Counted from the stretch's first letter, positions 15,736 through 24,656 are shown. The stretch is 64,000 nt of DNA from an uncultured delta proteobacterium (GCA_963727445.1 CAVSGI010000027.1:1-64000), one strand, 5' to 3'. Numbers and translations are program-made. The notes: generated from the sequence alone by a model not told the origin.

Positions 15736-16713
15736 ATGAGCGACAACGCCATTCGCCTCGCCTCCGCGAGCGCTGGCCACGTGGAGAGCCACTTCCTCAA
15801 GGCGGTGTCGCCTGACGCCTCGCGCGCCCTGTGGATCAAGCAGACCCTGCTCCGGCCCGTCGAGGTGGCGAACGCCGGCATCGCGGAGGTGTGGGCCATC
15901 GCCTTCGAGCGCGAGGCGGGCCCGATCGCCGGCGCCAAGAGCGTTCACCCGCTTCGGGACGCGACCTTCGAAGACCATCCCTTCGCGTACCGCGTCGGCG
16001 GCGCATCGCTCACGGATGGAGGCGCGTCGGGCACCGCGGAGAGCTCCGGCCATCGCGTCGAGTGGCGCGTGGAGCTGAGCCGGGGGCAGGCGCCCTTTCG
16101 GCCCTACCCCCTGCCGCGCATGTACGAGGGGCCCTTCCCCAAGCAGAAGACGCTCACGCCCCAGCCCTCGGCCCTCGCCAGCGGCGAGGCGCGCGTGGAC
16201 GGCGCGCGATGGATCATCGACGGCTGGCGCGCGATGCAGGGGCACAACTGGGGGCTCGGTCACAGCGAACGCTACGCGTGGATCCACTGCAACGGCTTCG
16301 ACGATCCCGACACCTGGGTCGAGCTCATGACGGCGCGGGTGCGCACCGCGGGCGTGCTGCTTCCGTGGCTGAGCGTGGGCGGGGTGTCGATCAGGGGCGA
16401 GCGCCACCGCTTCGACGGCGGCCGAGCGCTGTTGAGCCGAGCCGTCGCGGTCGGCCCCACCCACTACCGAACGACCCTCGAAAAAGGCCGGCTGCGCCTC
16501 GACCTCGACGTCTCCACCGAGCCGGAGGGGATGGCGGGGCTCCACTACGAGAACCCCGACGGCTCCATGACCCATTGCCTGAACTCCAAGCTCGCCCGGG
16601 GCTCCCTCAGCCTCAGCGGCCTGTCGGCGGAGCCCATCCACCTCCGGAGCGACGCTTTCGCGCTGGAGATCGGGACCAAGGACCCCGATCACCCGATACG
16701 CATGTTGATCTGA
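15736..16713 (+). CDS. Hypothetical protein, tocopherol-cyclase/lipocalin-like beta-barrel candidate
   Basis: QGHNWG..H..RYAWIHCN resembles the xxNWG...W.W..C motif of tocopherol cyclase-like proteins. Confidence 0.6.
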   Translation: MSDNAIRLASASAGHVESHFLKAVSPDASRALWIKQTLLRPVEVANAGIAEVWAIAFEREAGPIAGAKSVHPLRDATFEDHPFAYRVGGASLTDGGASGTAESSGHRVEWRVELSRGQAPFRPYPLPRMYEGPFPKQKTLTPQPSALASGEARVDGARWIIDGWRAMQGHNWGLGHSERYAWIHCNGFDDPDTWVELMTARVRTAGVLLPWLSVGGVSIRGERHRFDGGRALLSRAVAVGPTHYRTTLEKGRLRLDLDVSTEPEGMAGLHYENPDGSMTHCLNSKLARGSLSLSGLSAEPIHLRSDAFALEIGTKDPDHPIRMLI

Positions 16714-16754
16714 AGGCGGAGCGGCGATAGCGTCCGCGCCCCGGATCCACGGAC

Positions 16755-17378
16755 ATGCAGCTACGCACCTTCACCGTCCTCGACTCTCTCCAGCCACAGC
16801 TGACCGGCTTCCTTCAGACCGTCTGCCCGGGCTTTCAGCCGCTGGAAGGACAGTGCTCGCTCTTCGTGGAGATCGCGCCCGGCATCGCCATCAACCGGGT
16901 GACCGACGCGGCCCTCAAGCGGACGCGCGTGCTGCCCGGCATGCAGATCGTGGAGCGCGCCTACGGCCTGCTCGAGGTGCATCACCAGGATCAGGGCGAG
17001 GTCCGGGAAGCCGGACGCTTCATCCTCGAAGCCCTCGGAAAGAGCGAGGGTGACCGCATCAAGCCGCGCATCGTCTCGAGCGAGATCATCACCGGCATCG
17101 ACGGCCACCAGGAGATGATCCTGAACCGCATGCGCCACGGCGACATGATCCGCGAGGGCGAGACGCTCTACGTCCTCGAGACCTATCCCGCCGCCTACGC
17201 GGCGATCGCCGCCAACGAGGCCGAGAAGGCGAGCCCCATCCGGCTGATGGAGGTGCTGACCTTCGGCGCCTTCGGTCGGCTCTACCTCGCCGGCGGCGAA
17301 GCCGAGATCGAGGAAGCGGTCAAAGCGATCAAGCAGACCCTCGAAGACATCGACGGCATCGAGGAAAAGAAGGGCTGA
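16755..17378 (+). CDS. Bacterial microcompartment shell protein, tandem permuted BMC-T (CcmP / Haliangium BMC-T2/T3 class)
   Basis: LDSLQPQ, EIAPGIAINRVTDAALK, VERAYGLLEVH..DQGEV, AANEAEKASPI and FGAFGRLYLAG. Confidence 0.93.
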   Translation: MQLRTFTVLDSLQPQLTGFLQTVCPGFQPLEGQCSLFVEIAPGIAINRVTDAALKRTRVLPGMQIVERAYGLLEVHHQDQGEVREAGRFILEALGKSEGDRIKPRIVSSEIITGIDGHQEMILNRMRHGDMIREGETLYVLETYPAAYAAIAANEAEKASPIRLMEVLTFGAFGRLYLAGGEAEIEEAVKAIKQTLEDIDGIEEKKG

Positions 17379-17386
17379 GCCGCGCC

Positions 17387-18088
17387 GTGTCGGTTCGCGG
17401 CAAGCGGGTCCTCGTCACCGGGGCCACGGGCGGGCTCGGCCCACACCTCTGCGAAGCCCTCTTGGCGATGGGCGCAGAGGTCATCGGCGCCGCACGGCGG
17501 CGAACCCGCCTCGACGATCTGCGCGCGGGCCTCGGCCAGCACGAGCGGCTTCACGTGGCCGAATGTGACGTGAGCGCTTCCGAGGGTGTCGCGGCGCTCT
17601 TTTCGTCGCTCGAGGCCAGGGCGCCGCTGGACGCGGTGGTGCATGCCGCCGGGCGCTTCGCCTACGGCGAGCTCGCGGAGATGGAGGACGAGACCGTCCA
17701 CGGCCTGGTCTCGACCAACCTGATCTCCACCACCTGGATCCTGCGGGAGTCCGCCCGGCGGATGGCGCCTCGAAAGGCGGGCTCCATCGTGGTCATCGCC
17801 GCCGAGGGTGCCCTCTCGCCAAGCGCGGGGTTGGCGGTTTATGGGGCTACGAAGGCTGGCTCACTCCACCTCGCGACGGCGATGGCCGAGGAGCTCAGCA
17901 CCACGGGAGTGCGCGTAAACGCAGTGCTTCCCGGCATCGTGGACACGCCGGGGAACCGGGCGGCGATGCCCGAGGCCGACCCCAGTGGCTGGGCGCAGCC
18001 GGGTGCCATCGCGCGCACCGTGCTATGGCTCGCCAGCGACGACTCACGGGGGGTGACGGGTGCGTGGCTGCGCGTGCCCGGTAAGTGA
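17387..18088 (+). CDS. Short-chain dehydrogenase/reductase
   Basis: TGATGGLG, HAAG, YGATK catalytic motif and VNAVLPGIVDTP. Confidence 0.93.
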   Translation: MSVRGKRVLVTGATGGLGPHLCEALLAMGAEVIGAARRRTRLDDLRAGLGQHERLHVAECDVSASEGVAALFSSLEARAPLDAVVHAAGRFAYGELAEMEDETVHGLVSTNLISTTWILRESARRMAPRKAGSIVVIAAEGALSPSAGLAVYGATKAGSLHLATAMAEELSTTGVRVNAVLPGIVDTPGNRAAMPEADPSGWAQPGAIARTVLWLASDDSRGVTGAWLRVPGK

Positions 18089-18122
18089 TCGGAACGTTAG
18101 GGAACTGTTTGGAGGATTGGAC

Positions 18123-18665
18123 ATGAAGCTTTTGACCTCGCTCGCCCTGATGGGCCTGCTCCTTTCGGCCTCGGCCTGCGGCGACGACAGCCGCGCCCGG
18201 GGAGGAGACGGCGGCACCGACGGCTCGATCGTCCTGATGGACGGCGGCGGCGACACCGGCACGACCAGCGACAGCTCCACCACCTCCGATTCGGGCGGCG
18301 GCTCGTGCCCGGCACAGACCGTCCCCACACCCACCACGGCGATCTGTTCGGCGAATCTGCCCACCTGCCTCATGGCCTGTGACCCGACGGACGACGCCTG
18401 CTTCAACGCCTGCTTCGATGGCGAGGACCCGATGTGTGAGGGCTGCATCAACCAGGCGGCCTTTGCCTGCTACACGATGAATGGCTGCGACCAGGAGTAT
18501 GGAGACGTCATCTGCTGCGCCATGGACGCGGGCTGCGGCTCGACGGACGCGGCCTGCGTGATGACCAACTGCGGCACGCAGCTCACGGCGTTCAACACGT
18601 GCACAAATACCGTGCCCTCGGGGGCGTGCGGAGCGATCCTCAACGCCTGCATCATGTCGATGTAG
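18123..18665 (+). CDS. Cysteine-rich lipoprotein
   Basis: GGAGG RBS, lipobox ASAC, D/G/T/S linker and a Cys-dense C-terminal domain. Confidence 0.85.
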   Translation: MKLLTSLALMGLLLSASACGDDSRARGGDGGTDGSIVLMDGGGDTGTTSDSSTTSDSGGGSCPAQTVPTPTTAICSANLPTCLMACDPTDDACFNACFDGEDPMCEGCINQAAFACYTMNGCDQEYGDVICCAMDAGCGSTDAACVMTNCGTQLTAFNTCTNTVPSGACGAILNACIMSM

Positions 18666-18680
18666 ACCATCAAAGACCGC

Positions 18681-18725
18681 GAAAAAGGCGCCGCACGAGC
18701 CCGAGGGCCCGCGGCGCCTTTTTTC
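18681..18725 (+). terminator. Intrinsic terminator, probably bidirectional
   Basis: AAAAAGGCGCCGC ... GCGGCGCCTTTTTT directly after the stop at 18665. Confidence 0.85.
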
Positions 18726-18828
18726 GTGGGCCAGCCTTGGCTTGACTCCGGGGGACCCAGCCCTCATCCCTATCCCGCCCGCACGAGGGGATGCACCGTG
18801 GCTCTCCTCGGCCGGAGAGGTTCGAACC

Positions 18829-19593
18829 ATGTCTTATCGCGTCTTTGTCTCCCTCCTCCTCCCCACCCTACTGCTGCTCTCGGCTTGTAACGGCGGTCGC
18901 CGCGGCCGCGTTCTTCCCGCCGACAGCGGGACGACCGACACCGGAACCACCACTGGCGACAGCGGCGATGGCGACACCGGCATCGTCCTGATGGACAGCG
19001 GCATGACCGGCTGCGACTCGAGCCATCCCTGCCCCGTCGGTCAGACCTGCGTCAGCGGGATGTGCCAGACCTCCGGGTGCGACTCGAGCAACCCCTGCCC
19101 CGTCGGTCAGACGTGTGTCAGCGGGATGTGCCAGACGACCACGACCGGCTGCACATCCTCCAGCGAATGCCCCAGCGGGCAGATCTGCAGCGGCGGCAGC
19201 TGCGTCCCCGACTCGACGCGGACCTGCGACGGCAGCGACGTCCCCTACAACACGGTGTCGGTCTGCTCTTCCTCGACCATGACCTGCATCACGAGCTGCT
19301 CCGACGGCGCCTGCATCCAGAGCTGCCTCGACGCCGATCCGAGCACGGACTGCAGCGCCTGCGTCAACCAGAACTTCATCTCGTGCCTGAACATGGCCGC
19401 CTGCCAGAGCACCTGGGATCCCTACGTCTGCTGCATCGAGGACAACTGCGGCACCATGGCGACGTCGAGTTGCGTGAACAGCGTGCAGACCGGCGCCTGC
19501 GCCAGCAGCTACGGCGCCTGGGACAGCTGCACGATGACCGCCGACGTGACCACCGTCTGCCCCAGCGACGGATGGCTCACCGACTGCTTCTGA
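18829..19593 (+). CDS. Cysteine-rich lipoprotein with internal duplication; paralogue of 18123-18665
   Basis: Lipobox LSAC. GCDSSxPCPVGQTCVSGMCQT occurs twice plus a degenerate third copy. Confidence 0.85.
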   Translation: MSYRVFVSLLLPTLLLLSACNGGRRGRVLPADSGTTDTGTTTGDSGDGDTGIVLMDSGMTGCDSSHPCPVGQTCVSGMCQTSGCDSSNPCPVGQTCVSGMCQTTTTGCTSSSECPSGQICSGGSCVPDSTRTCDGSDVPYNTVSVCSSSTMTCITSCSDGACIQSCLDADPSTDCSACVNQNFISCLNMAACQSTWDPYVCCIEDNCGTMATSSCVNSVQTGACASSYGAWDSCTMTADVTTVCPSDGWLTDCF

Positions 19594-19594
19594 T

Positions 19595-20266
19595 GTGACG
19601 CGCCACCTCGTCGTCGGCGACGTTCACGGGTGCCTCGAGGAGCTCGACGAGCTCATCGCCCTGGTCGCCGACCCGGGGCGTCGGGTGGTCCTGGTCGGCG
19701 ACCTGGTCGCGAAGGGACCCGACTCGCACGGCGTCGTGCGCCGCGCCGAGGAGCTCGGCGTTCTGGCGGTGCGTGGCAACCACGAAGAGCACGCGCTCCG
19801 CTGGTGGCGCGCGGTGAAGAAGGGGGACGAGCCCCCCAAGCGGAAGAAGGTGTACCTGCGCGCCTACCAGAGCCTCGAGGACCGCGACTTCCGCTATCTC
19901 GACGCCCTGCCCTATCACCTCGCCCTTCCCGCGCACGGTGCGCTCGTCGTGCACGCGGGCCTGATGCCCGGGGTGCCGCTCGAAGCGCAGGATCCCAAGA
20001 ACCTGGTGGGGATGCGCAACGTGCACGCGGGCCGCGCGGAGAAGCACATCGACGTGGGGATCCCCTGGGGGAGCCTCTACGCCGGGCCCGAGCACGTGTT
20101 CTTCGGCCACGACGCCATCCGCAAGCTGCAGCGGCACCTCCACGCCACCGGCCTCGACACCGGTTGCTGCTACGGAGGCCGCCTCACCGGCATGCTCCTG
20201 CCCGAGCGCGAGCTCGTGAGCGTCCCCGCGAAGAAAGTGTGGCAGGCTCCCGGCCGCGAGGAGTGA
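19595..20266 (+). CDS. Metallophosphoesterase (ApaH/PrpE/PPP-like)
   Basis: GDVHGC, GDLVAKGPDS, RGNHE, VHAG, FGH and DTGC. Confidence 0.92.
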   Translation: MTRHLVVGDVHGCLEELDELIALVADPGRRVVLVGDLVAKGPDSHGVVRRAEELGVLAVRGNHEEHALRWWRAVKKGDEPPKRKKVYLRAYQSLEDRDFRYLDALPYHLALPAHGALVVHAGLMPGVPLEAQDPKNLVGMRNVHAGRAEKHIDVGIPWGSLYAGPEHVFFGHDAIRKLQRHLHATGLDTGCCYGGRLTGMLLPERELVSVPAKKVWQAPGREE

Positions 20267-20625
20267 GCGACCTTTCGACAGGACCGGTCCGCGTCGGACC
20301 CGAGGTGGAGCTGGGCGCCGACGAGGCGCGGTTGGTCGACATCGGCGCGGACGGCCGTGGGATCCGCCTGCAGGCGATCGTGGTGCGCGACCGGGAAGGA
20401 ACGCCGCGCGCCTATCTCAATCGCTGCCGTCACCTGCCCATTCCCCTGGGGGTCGGCACCGGCGACGTGATGAGCGACGACAAGCGCCACCTGATCTGCC
20501 GCACCCACGGCGCCCTCTACCGCCGGGAGGACGGCTTCTGCGTCGACGGTCCGTGCGCCGGCACCGAGCTCGCGCCGCTCACCCTCGAGACCGACGCCCA
20601 CGGCATCCTCTGGATCACCGGGTGA
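20263..20625 (+). CDS. Small Rieske [2Fe-2S] protein
   Basis: NRCRHLPIPL ... CRTHGALY...G.CVDGPC. GTG start overlaps the upstream stop (GTGA). Confidence 0.9.
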   Translation: MSDLSTGPVRVGPEVELGADEARLVDIGADGRGIRLQAIVVRDREGTPRAYLNRCRHLPIPLGVGTGDVMSDDKRHLICRTHGALYRREDGFCVDGPCAGTELAPLTLETDAHGILWITG

Positions 20626-20692
20626 CGGACCGAACTCATCGAACTTGGCTGTCGAGCGGGGCCAGAAGTTCGACAAGTTCGGTCCGTCACCC
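20620..20692. repeat. Long inverted repeat (27-bp arms) between convergent genes
   Basis: Left arm GGGTGACGGACCGAACTCATCGAACTT and right arm AAGTTCGACAAGTTCGGTCCGTCACCC, with 2 mismatches. Confidence 0.9.
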
Positions 20693-21553
20693 CTCGGCGG
20701 CGGCTCGCTTGTCTGGGAGGGCGGCGGGGGCGGAGAGCTCGCACGGGGCGGACCAGGGCTTGTCCTCGCTGTTGACGAGGGGCTCGGCGCGGGTGGTGAG
20801 CACCTCGACGCCGGTCTTGGTCACCAGCACCGTGTGCTCGAACTGCGCCGAGAGCTTCCCGTCGACGGTGATCGCCGTCCAGTCGTCGTCGAGGATCTTC
20901 ACGCCGTACTCGCCGAGGTTGAGCATCGGCTCGATGGTGAAGACCATGCCCGCCTTGAGGCGCTTGCCGCTCCCACGCCGGCCGTAGTGCGGGATCTGCG
21001 GCGGCATGTGGAACTCGCGGCCGACGCCGTGTCCCACGAAGTCGCGCACCACCGAGCAGCCGCGCGGCTCGGCGAACTCCTGGATCGCAGCGCCGATGTC
21101 CTCGATGCGCGCGCCCTCCTTCACCTCGCGGATGCCGAGCTCGAGCGCCTGACGGCAGGTCTCGACGAGGTGCTTGGCCTCGTCGCTGGGCTCGCCCACG
21201 TAGAAGGTCGCGCTGGTGTCGCCGTGGAAGCCGTGCTTCGCGGGGAGGTAGGTGGTGACGTCGACGTTGATGATGTCGCCGTCGCGGAGCACGTGGTCGG
21301 GGGCGGGGATCCCGTGGCAGACGACCTCGTTGACGCTGGTGCAGACGCTCTTGGGGAAGCCGTGATAGTTCAGCGGCGAGGGATAGGCGTCGTGGCTCAC
21401 GATGAAGTCGTGGACCAGCTCGTTGATCTTCTCGGTCGTGACGCCGGGCTTTATGTGCGGCCCCACCATGGTGAGGGTCTCGGCCGCCAGGCGACAGGAT
21501 TCCCGCATCCGCTCCAGCATGGACGGGGTCATGATCTCGATGCGCGCCACCAT
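20687..21553 (-). CDS. map: Methionine aminopeptidase type I
   Basis: FPKSVCTSVNEVVCHGIP, GDIINVDVT, HGDTS, GHGVG..FH, FTIEPM and AQFEHT. Confidence 0.97.
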   Translation of the reverse strand: MVARIEIMTPSMLERMRESCRLAAETLTMVGPHIKPGVTTEKINELVHDFIVSHDAYPSPLNYHGFPKSVCTSVNEVVCHGIPAPDHVLRDGDIINVDVTTYLPAKHGFHGDTSATFYVGEPSDEAKHLVETCRQALELGIREVKEGARIEDIGAAIQEFAEPRGCSVVRDFVGHGVGREFHMPPQIPHYGRRGSGKRLKAGMVFTIEPMLNLGEYGVKILDDDWTAITVDGKLSAQFEHTVLVTKTGVEVLTTRAEPLVNSEDKPWSAPCELSAPAALPDKRAAAEG

Positions 21554-21609
21554 GCTTTCCTAGTGGGCCGGCGCGCCGGCTGCAAGGCCCGCCTCCGAGA
21601 AGGCGGTCA

Positions 21610-23037
21610 TCAGACCGTCTTCTGCAGAAAGGTCCCCTTCGCGTACCAGCCGATATACCCCACCGCGGTGACCACGTTTCCGAGGGCGATCAGCATCCAG
21701 AAGTGGGGCCGCGGCACCCTGAGGACCTCGCCGGCATAGATCGCCACCGGGATCAGGACCATCAGCACCAGGGCATCGACCACCAGGCTCGACAGGGTCG
21801 CCCCCGCCCCGTTGATCGCCTGCGAGAGCACCACCGCCACCCCCACCAGGCCGTAGGTCAGGCCCACGGTTCGGAAGTACTCGCGCCCCACCGCCAGCGT
21901 CGTGGGTCCATCGTCGAAGAAGCCGACGATGGTGTCGCTCTTGGCGAGGTAGAGCCACACCAGGCCCAGCATCAGGACGAAGTTGTAGGCGGCGGCGTAC
22001 CAGCCCGCGTCCTTGGCGCGGGAGACGTGGCGCGCCCCGAGGTTCATGCCGACGAAGCTCGACGCCGCGGCGCCCCACCCCATCCCGATGAAGAGCGCCA
22101 TGGTCTCGAGGCGCAGGCAGATGCTGTAGGCCGTGAGCGCGCTCTGGTCCTCGGGCGTGGTGTAGATGGCGCTGACAAGAGAGATGAAGACGAGCACCGC
22201 CAGGATGCGCAAGACGAGCTGAGCGCTCGACGGCCAACCGACCCGCAGCAGGTTCTTGAGCTCGTCCCACCTCGGGCGGAGCCTGTCGATGGCGAAGGGC
22301 GCGGCCCGCCGGCGGGCGAGGATCACTCCGCCGATGATCACGGGCACGGTGCGGCCGATGAGCGTCGCCCACGCGGCCCCATCGACGCCGAGGCGTGGGA
22401 TCGACAGCGCCTCGGCGATGGGGCGGCCCCAGGCGAAGACCTCCGGATAGGGGCCGGGGCCGTAGATGAGGGGGACGTTGAGGACGATGTTGAGGATGTT
22501 TCCGCCTACCAAGAGGGACGCAGCGGTCTTGGCGTGTCCGACCGCGCGCAGGACCGCCGTGATCTGCAAGAGGAAGAAGATCGAGAAGCAGCCGCCGAGC
22601 AGGATCTGGAGATAGCCCACCGCGATGTCCGCGGCGTCACCCTTCGCCTGCATCATCACGCGGATCACGAAGTCCGATCCGAAGATGCCGAGCAGGCCGA
22701 AGCCCACCGACATCACCCCCACCAGGAGCATGCTCTGATAGGTCGCGCTCGCGACGCCCTTTCGATCCGCGGCGCCCACACGGCGGGAGATGACGGCCAC
22801 CGCGGCGGTCGCCACGCCGTTCGACAGGATGGTGGCGACCGCGGCCACCATGTCGCAGATGCCGAGCGCCGCCAGCGCCGCCGTCGACTCTTCGAGGCGG
22901 CTGATCATGTACATGTCGATCAGGTTGAAGGTGGTGTGGAGGATCATCCCCACCACCAGGGGCAGGCCGAAGCGCAGGACGCCCAGGGCGACGTGGCCCT
23001 CGAGGATCCGGTTCGCCGCCCGCTCCGAACGATTCAC
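21610..23037 (-). CDS. MATE-family efflux transporter
   Basis: 475 aa with about 12 hydrophobic segments, NILNIVLNVPLIYG, GVDGAAWAT and GMNLGA. Confidence 0.92.
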   Translation of the reverse strand: MNRSERAANRILEGHVALGVLRFGLPLVVGMILHTTFNLIDMYMISRLEESTAALAALGICDMVAAVATILSNGVATAAVAVISRRVGAADRKGVASATYQSMLLVGVMSVGFGLLGIFGSDFVIRVMMQAKGDAADIAVGYLQILLGGCFSIFFLLQITAVLRAVGHAKTAASLLVGGNILNIVLNVPLIYGPGPYPEVFAWGRPIAEALSIPRLGVDGAAWATLIGRTVPVIIGGVILARRRAAPFAIDRLRPRWDELKNLLRVGWPSSAQLVLRILAVLVFISLVSAIYTTPEDQSALTAYSICLRLETMALFIGMGWGAAASSFVGMNLGARHVSRAKDAGWYAAAYNFVLMLGLVWLYLAKSDTIVGFFDDGPTTLAVGREYFRTVGLTYGLVGVAVVLSQAINGAGATLSSLVVDALVLMVLIPVAIYAGEVLRVPRPHFWMLIALGNVVTAVGYIGWYAKGTFLQKTV

Positions 23038-23070
23038 GGCGTCGTGGGTAGCACGGGGCGACTCGCCCGG

Positions 23071-23781
23071 TCAGCGGATCACGCGGCGGAGCGCGTCGGC
23101 GCGCGCGTTCGAGCCGAACCAATTGACGAGGTCGAAGACCAGGAGCGCGGCGCCCTGAACGACGGTGGTGCCTCCGACGGCGAGCATCCAGGGCTCTTCG
23201 GGGCTCTCTGCCGCGCCGAGGGCGTAGAGCAGCACGCCGGCGAGGACGTACGCGACGTCGAGGCCTGCGTTGAGCGCAAAGATCGTGGCGCTTCCGCGCT
23301 GGCCGTCGATGAGATCGAGGTGCCGTTCGAAGAGCGCGCGGCCGCGCTCCTCGCGGATCGCCTCGGCCGCCCTGTGCGCGTTGCCCGACAGGTCGAGGAG
23401 GAGAAGGGCGAGGCTCGCGTTGACCACCCCCCAGGCCATGGTGGTCAGGCCCGTGAAGAGCCAGGTGTCGTCCTCGTGGCCGATGCCCGCGATGAGCCCC
23501 CCACCCACCACGTTGGCGAGCCCCCAAGCGAGCAGGACCCAGCCCTCCGTCTCCTTGGCGTCGAGGTGGCTCAGGGCGAGATCCGAAAGGATCTCGGCCT
23601 GGGCGGGGCCGTACTCGGGCAGGGAGCTCTGGACGAGGCTCGGCGAGACCGGGGCCAGCGCCTCCGCGGGCGCGGCTCCAGGGGCCTGCGCCGCGGAAAG
23701 CGACGGGAAAAGCAGGATCAGCGTGAGGGGGACCCACCGCACGACGGGCAGGATAGCGCGGGTTTCGAGCGCCAACGCCAT
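23071..23781 (-). CDS. Hypothetical membrane protein
   Basis: Signal-like N-terminus, about 4 TM segments and an NAGLDVAY motif. Start is uncertain. Confidence 0.7.
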   Translation of the reverse strand: MALALETRAILPVVRWVPLTLILLFPSLSAAQAPGAAPAEALAPVSPSLVQSSLPEYGPAQAEILSDLALSHLDAKETEGWVLLAWGLANVVGGGLIAGIGHEDDTWLFTGLTTMAWGVVNASLALLLLDLSGNAHRAAEAIREERGRALFERHLDLIDGQRGSATIFALNAGLDVAYVLAGVLLYALGAAESPEEPWMLAVGGTTVVQGAALLVFDLVNWFGSNARADALRRVIR

Positions 23782-23818
23782 TGACCCTTTTGGCGTTCGC
23801 CGCTATCTAGCCCACGAG

Positions 23819-24076
23819 ATGCCGCAGCCGAAGATCTACATCAACGTGCCGATGAGCGAGGCCGAGCGGAAGCGGGTCGAGCGCGAAGAACACTTCTGGA
23901 CCGCGCCGCGCCTGGTGGGCTTGATGTTCGCCTCCCTGGCCGTGGCCCTGACCGTGCTCTACTCGATGGCGAATTACGTCGACGGCGGTAAGAGCGAGAC
24001 CTACTGGGATACCTGGCTCTACCCGGGCGGCATGATCAACGAGCTCACCTACGAAGAGCTCGAGCCCTCGAACTGA
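23819..24076 (+). CDS. Small single-pass membrane protein (85 aa)
   Basis: MPQPKIYINV... with TM LVGLMFASLAVALTVLYSM. GC-rich third positions; TTGACC-N17-TATCTA upstream. Confidence 0.7.
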   Translation: MPQPKIYINVPMSEAERKRVEREEHFWTAPRLVGLMFASLAVALTVLYSMANYVDGGKSETYWDTWLYPGGMINELTYEELEPSN

Positions 24077-24096
24077 TTCAGCGCCAAGCGTCGAAT

Positions 24097-24132
24097 AAAA
24101 AAGGGCCCTGGCGGGGGCGACCGCCAGGACCC
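24097..24132 (-). terminator. Intrinsic terminator on the minus strand
   Basis: Minus strand reads GGGTCCTGGCGG-loop-CCGCCAGGGCCC-TTTTTT. Confidence 0.85.
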
Positions 24133-24281
24133 TGGGTCTCCGTCGAAGGGCGAAGACGACGGAGCGCTCTCACGCCTCGGAGGGTTGAGGCGCTGCGTGA
24201 CCCGAAGGCCGCGCAAAGCTAGAGCCTCCACAATCCGGCTTCGGGTCGACTGCTGTCGGCCCTCCGCCTCGTCATGGACGG
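24097..24281 (-). ncRNA. Candidate structured RNA (long 3'UTR or sRNA)
   Basis: Three consecutive hairpins, one with a C(UUCG)G loop and two with C/U-rich loops, then the terminator. No family recognised. Confidence 0.45.
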
Positions 24282-24464
24282 CTAAAAGTCGAAGTCGAGC
24301 TCCTTGGGCTCTCCGTTGTCGAGGGATGTGTCCTCGGCCGCGTTGAACTTCGCCTCGTTGTAGAGGTCGTCGAGGTCCCATCCGGCCTTCTTCCAAGGAC
24401 GGAGCTCCTCGCGTTCGAACTCCTCGATAAATCTGTAGTGCGTCGGTCCACGACGACGAGCCAT
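24282..24464 (-). CDS. Small acidic protein (60 aa), function unknown
   Basis: Strong SD GAGGGAGG before ATG. Sequence MARRRGPTHYRFIEEFEREELRPWKKAGWDLDDLYNEAKFNAAEDTSLDNGEPKELDFDF. Confidence 0.75.
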   Translation of the reverse strand: MARRRGPTHYRFIEEFEREELRPWKKAGWDLDDLYNEAKFNAAEDTSLDNGEPKELDFDF

Positions 24465-24656
24465 GCCAAGCCTCCCTCTTCGATGCTTCGTGGAGTCGGG
24501 TGATGTCGTCGTGACACCCACCTTGTCCTACATCTGGGCACACCGTACGACATGATTCTCGGGGCACCAAAAAATGCGCTTCGATCGTGGGACGGACGCG
24601 GCGGAGGGGGCCGCGCGTTGAAGTCCGCTTGGGGGCTTGCTAAGAGCCTCCCTCCC

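Noticed and set aside
24190..24235. c-di-GMP-I riboswitch suggested by GCGCAAAGC on the + strand
   Set aside because: The upstream GGCAAA/GNRA hairpin and the downstream CUAA receptor are missing, and no gene follows in that orientation nearby.
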